Shown: piece after piece, positions 60,599 to 64,000 of the stretch
Position numbering within the stretch: the stretch's first letter is position 1
Layout: every line of letters begins with the position of its first letter
DNA from: Candidatus Neptunichlamydia sp.
Lineage (GTDB): Bacteria > Chlamydiota > Chlamydiia > Chlamydiales > Simkaniaceae
DNA length: 64,000 bases
NCBI GenBank assembly: GCA_965233865.1
Contig: OZ247587.1
Coordinates: 1,088,001 to 1,152,000, forward strand
Reading direction: 5' to 3'
Translations under genes and position numbers: made by a program
The notes under the pieces: model-generated
The model's database searches: none
What the model was told of the DNA's origin: nothing
What the model saw: the letters and a program-made list of their open reading frames with translations, nothing else

Positions 60599-62110
60599 CT
60601 AGGCTCCGCTCCTCACAGAGGAAAGATATGTATCACAAGGAACAGAAGGGCAAGCATATAAATCAAAATGCAATGGAGTCAAAGACTGTCTAAATCTCTG
60701 TTGGTTTTCTGAATAGTTTAGCCATGTTTCTTTTGGAGTATGAATAAAGGGGATAAATTCTTCTAATGAATCAATCAATTCTTCCTCACTCATCTCCTCA
60801 TATATATATGCTTTGGAATTGGGATGAACTGTTTCCACTCCAAACTCAAAAAAGAGAGGACTTCTTAACACCTCTTTCCAATTTAAATAAGATCCCTTGG
60901 GTCCTTTTATGTGTTTATAGAAAAAGCGATACTTAACATTATGTAACATTAACACGTTCTCATTATAGTTGACACCTAGGAGAGGAATATCAAATAAGCT
61001 ACAAAAAATTTCCGGTCCCGACTTGGCAGCAACCACAAACAAGGCATCAGAATAAAGAGCTAAATCGTTTTCAGGTGTGCAGTATTTACTATGAGCATAG
61101 TCGAAAAAATACTTTCTAGGTTTGAAATACGGTTGTTCCTTTCGGCCTTGAAGTACCACATCAAATCCTTTTTCTATCAGCACATCAATTAATCCATTAA
61201 ATCTATGGGGATATTGGATTCTTCTACGATCCGTAAGAATATTTCCTGAAGTCGTTTTGATAGAGCTTAAGTTAAGAACAACATAGGGTCTAGTTATATT
61301 AATCTCTCTGATTAAACTTTTTCGTGTTTTTTCAACGATTGAGTTAGGCTTTAAAGCAGACCTTGAAACAACCATATCGGTATAATCATCCCAATATTTT
61401 TTGCGTACAAAATAGTTCTCTCGAAAAGTTAAATACGCCGCTATAAACCTTTTTGGTTTTTTTCCTTCAAATTTGACGATTGGGTCAAAATGTCTTACAT
61501 ATTCCCCAATGACAAAAAAGCTCTCTTCTAAGAATGAAAATTGATTGTCCCAGATGAAAATAGCTTTGTTGTTTTCAATAAGCACTTGAGAATATACGTT
61601 CTGAAATGTTGCACTGAAAATCTCTTGGTTTTTGTAGAGAGTCTTAAAATTTCGTAAAAGAAAGCAATCAATAATCACAGCTTCTGGACAAACTAATTTT
61701 ACTAGCGAACAGACAAATGCTTGTTCTTGTGCGAGAATAATGATCCCAACCTTTCCCCTTTCTTTTTCCCAAAGAGCTGCGTAATGTATCATACAGATCA
61801 AGGGCCCAAAATCATGCCGACTAATCAAAAATAATTGTGTGTCAGGAGAGAGGTTATCAATTTTTTTTTTGACGGACCTATAAATTAGCTTTTCGAGACA
61901 AAGGCCAAAAGTTGCTTCCGAATGTTTAAAACATCCTATGATGAACCGAACGATACGAGATCTAAAATATCTCCAAGTCCGCTTTATAAACCATAAGCTA
62001 TAGCAAGGCGGTTGCTCGTCAACTCTGTATGCGTTAGCTACTTTTAAACAAAACCTTCTGTATGCCAGAACACGCTCCAACACAGAGTAGAAACCCATAA
62101 CATCCTTCAT
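60599..62110 (-). CDS. TIGR04372-like putative glycosyltransferase
   Basis: RPYVVLNL...LIEKGFDVVLQG...DYAHS...DLALYSDALFVV..KSG...LFDIPLLGVN. Confidence 0.65.
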   Translation of the reverse strand: MKDVMGFYSVLERVLAYRRFCLKVANAYRVDEQPPCYSLWFIKRTWRYFRSRIVRFIIGCFKHSEATFGLCLEKLIYRSVKKKIDNLSPDTQLFLISRHDFGPLICMIHYAALWEKERGKVGIIILAQEQAFVCSLVKLVCPEAVIIDCFLLRNFKTLYKNQEIFSATFQNVYSQVLIENNKAIFIWDNQFSFLEESFFVIGEYVRHFDPIVKFEGKKPKRFIAAYLTFRENYFVRKKYWDDYTDMVVSRSALKPNSIVEKTRKSLIREINITRPYVVLNLSSIKTTSGNILTDRRRIQYPHRFNGLIDVLIEKGFDVVLQGRKEQPYFKPRKYFFDYAHSKYCTPENDLALYSDALFVVAAKSGPEIFCSLFDIPLLGVNYNENVLMLHNVKYRFFYKHIKGPKGSYLNWKEVLRSPLFFEFGVETVHPNSKAYIYEEMSEEELIDSLEEFIPFIHTPKETWLNYSENQQRFRQSLTPLHFDLYACPSVPCDTYLSSVRSGA

Positions 62111-62246
62111 GTTGAGTCGACGACCGCAAACTAATCTTTTTTCTATATAAAGTCAATTCCTCAGAAAAAAGAACGAATAACTTTTTCTTTTCTAAAAACT
62201 AGAACTTCTCTAGACTCCAGATTTCATTGAATGAACAGGGAACACG

Positions 62247-62933
62247 ATGACGATATCTGATGGTGAAGAAAGAACTGCATGGGATGAAACGACAAAACTA
62301 TTTTCGGAACATGCTTATAAGTTCGGTCCTCATTGGTCTTTTAATTTTAGGAATGATCCCAAGCGTCTCGGTTTTGTTCTTTCTCGATATAAATTTTCAA
62401 CAAAAATGCTTGGAAAACGTCATCATATTTTAGAACTGGGATGCAGCGATGGAATCGGAACGACAATCTTAGCAGAGAACACCGACAAATATACTGGGAT
62501 CGATCTCGATCAGCCTGCATTAGAAGCAGCAAAAGTAAATATGACAGATGAGAAGTTCCATTTTCTCCATGATGATTTCATGGAGAAAACATACGGTTCT
62601 TTTGATGGAGTTGTTTCCCTTGACGTTGTGGAACACATCCTCCCAGAGTTTGAGAATACATATTTTGAGACTGTGCACAAAAACATGAGTGAAAATGGAA
62701 TTTGCGTCATTGGCACGCCTAACATTGCAGCAGCCCCCTATGCTTCTAAAGCCAGCCAGCTAGGGCATGTCAACATGTACACCCAAGAACGCCTTCTTGA
62801 GGTAATGAAAACCTATTTTCATCAAGTCTTCCCTTTTGGAATGAATGATGAAACCATGCACACTGGGTTTTGTTCGATGGCGCACTATCTTCTGTGTGTC
62901 GGGGTTCATAAAAAAGAGGTTTATCATGATTGA
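62247..62933 (+). CDS. Class I SAM-dependent methyltransferase
   Basis: RYKF, LELGCSDG, GIDLD, SLDVVEHI, GTPN. Confidence 0.88.
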   Translation: MTISDGEERTAWDETTKLFSEHAYKFGPHWSFNFRNDPKRLGFVLSRYKFSTKMLGKRHHILELGCSDGIGTTILAENTDKYTGIDLDQPALEAAKVNMTDEKFHFLHDDFMEKTYGSFDGVVSLDVVEHILPEFENTYFETVHKNMSENGICVIGTPNIAAAPYASKASQLGHVNMYTQERLLEVMKTYFHQVFPFGMNDETMHTGFCSMAHYLLCVGVHKKEVYHD

Positions 62934-63747
62934 TATTGAACATTTTTCTGAGAAGGGATGGGTTGTTATCGATCTTATCGATCAAGAACCTGTGATGAAG
63001 GCGCGTGAAGCCCTTCAAGCATACTTAAATGAACTGTTAGGAAAAAATACTCCTCTAGAAGAATATCATACTGAAGTTGAAGATGATGATCAACACACTG
63101 ATCTCCAAGTTAAGATAACTGAATTCTTCCGAAATCAAAAATTCGGCAAGGCAATCATCAAAAAACAACTTTCGTTATTTAACCCCTTTATGGGTCTTGA
63201 CCTTTGTGTCCAGAAAAGCCCCTACTTAAGGATGGCTCGCCCTGGAAAATCTCAAGATAACATCGGTTACCACAGAGATACCTTTTATGGAGGCTCACCT
63301 TTTGAACTCTCTGTGCTCGTCCCTTACGTAGATGTTCCGGCACCTTCAGCTCTTCAAGTCATGACAGGATCTCATACCCTTCCTGAAAATTATTTTCCTA
63401 CTACGCAAGTTGAGAATCCTGATGAATCTGTTCGCAAAGGATCATCAAAACACCAGTTGGGTTTCCTCTATGCTCCAAAAGTGATGGATCCTTCAATTGC
63501 AAATGAGATGTTTGCTGTCCCGCTGAAGTTAGGCCAAGCCATTGCTTTTAGCCTCTCAACCGTTCATGGATGTGTGGTCAATAGCGGAATCACAACCCGC
63601 TGGAGCTCAGACATTCGAGTCATGAGTGCCTTTGCACCCGTCGACCTCAGTGCCCGCCCCGACTATTACGAGCCGCTCAGCAGCTCTGCTTTAACAGCGC
63701 AAGCGCAAAATTATTTCACCGCAACTGCAAACGAGGCAAGTGAATAA
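62926..63747 (+). CDS. Phytanoyl-CoA dioxygenase (PhyH)-like 2OG-Fe(II) oxygenase
   Basis: HxD (YHRDTFYG), GSH, distal His (TVHG) and R-x-S (TRWSSDIR). Confidence 0.8.
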   Translation: MIDIEHFSEKGWVVIDLIDQEPVMKAREALQAYLNELLGKNTPLEEYHTEVEDDDQHTDLQVKITEFFRNQKFGKAIIKKQLSLFNPFMGLDLCVQKSPYLRMARPGKSQDNIGYHRDTFYGGSPFELSVLVPYVDVPAPSALQVMTGSHTLPENYFPTTQVENPDESVRKGSSKHQLGFLYAPKVMDPSIANEMFAVPLKLGQAIAFSLSTVHGCVVNSGITTRWSSDIRVMSAFAPVDLSARPDYYEPLSSSALTAQAQNYFTATANEASE

Positions 63748-64000
63748 TGAAAGAGTCTAAATCAAATTGGTCCTGTGTCGCAGAAGAACTTATGCAGGAA
63801 GTTTCTGAAGTTAATTTGGGGCGGTATGCTTCGTTCTGGTTCCATAAAACCCCGAGACGCGTTTTGCATTGCATGTCGTACTATAAATTTGCTTCCAAGC
63901 TCATTGGAAAAGGCAAGCAAGTTCTTGACGTCGGTTGCAACGAGGGTCTTGGGACTTTTCTAGTTGGTAAGGAATGCGGATTTGCAAAAGGAATTGACTT
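63747..64000 (+). CDS. Class I SAM-dependent methyltransferase (runs off the window), paralogue of 62247-62933
   Basis: Not in the ORF track: ATG 63747 reads MKESKSNWSC...YYKFASKLIGKGKQVLDVGCNEGLG...GID. Confidence 0.85.
   Translation, partial: MKESKSNWSCVAEELMQEVSEVNLGRYASFWFHKTPRRVLHCMSYYKFASKLIGKGKQVLDVGCNEGLGTFLVGKECGFAKGID

Overview
A ~40% GC chromosomal window that looks like an environmental member of Chlamydiota, probably Simkania-like. This is an inference from topA fused to a C-terminal SWIB domain, a membrane RsbU, rpoN, a CIRCE upstream of groES-groEL and several chlamydia-type hypothetical genes. Positions 1-10.3 kb are a decaying accessory region: two directly repeated IS6-derived miniature elements bracket a cargo gene, followed by rmlC-rmlD-rmlB-kdsB, a nonsense-interrupted adenylyl-sulfate kinase with an apparent signal peptide, a decayed IS5 with intact ends, IS630 and IS5 scraps and a broken tandem winged-helix-like gene. 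Positions 10.3-34.8 kb are mostly housekeeping (cca, rsbU, TrmH family, rsgA, eno, ahpC, tRNA-Arg, groESL, NamZ family, putA, UvrD family, rpoN). Positions 34.7-64 kb, apart from topA, are devoted to surface-glycan synthesis: a membrane-anchored GT2/GT32 paralogue array with a chimeric duplicate, a Wzy/WaaL-like protein with manC and a GT4, and a >15 kb operon-like locus. That locus holds SDR epimerases, a GmhA-like isomerase, a reverse-order HldE-like enzyme, an orphan TPP-dependent E1 alpha/beta pair, a 4,6-dehydratase, methyltransferases, an ABC flippase, two TIGR04372-like transferases and a 2OG-Fe dioxygenase, and it is predicted to build an unusual branched or higher-carbon, methylated sugar polymer. 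All calls come from reading the sequence and motifs by eye; no searches were run.
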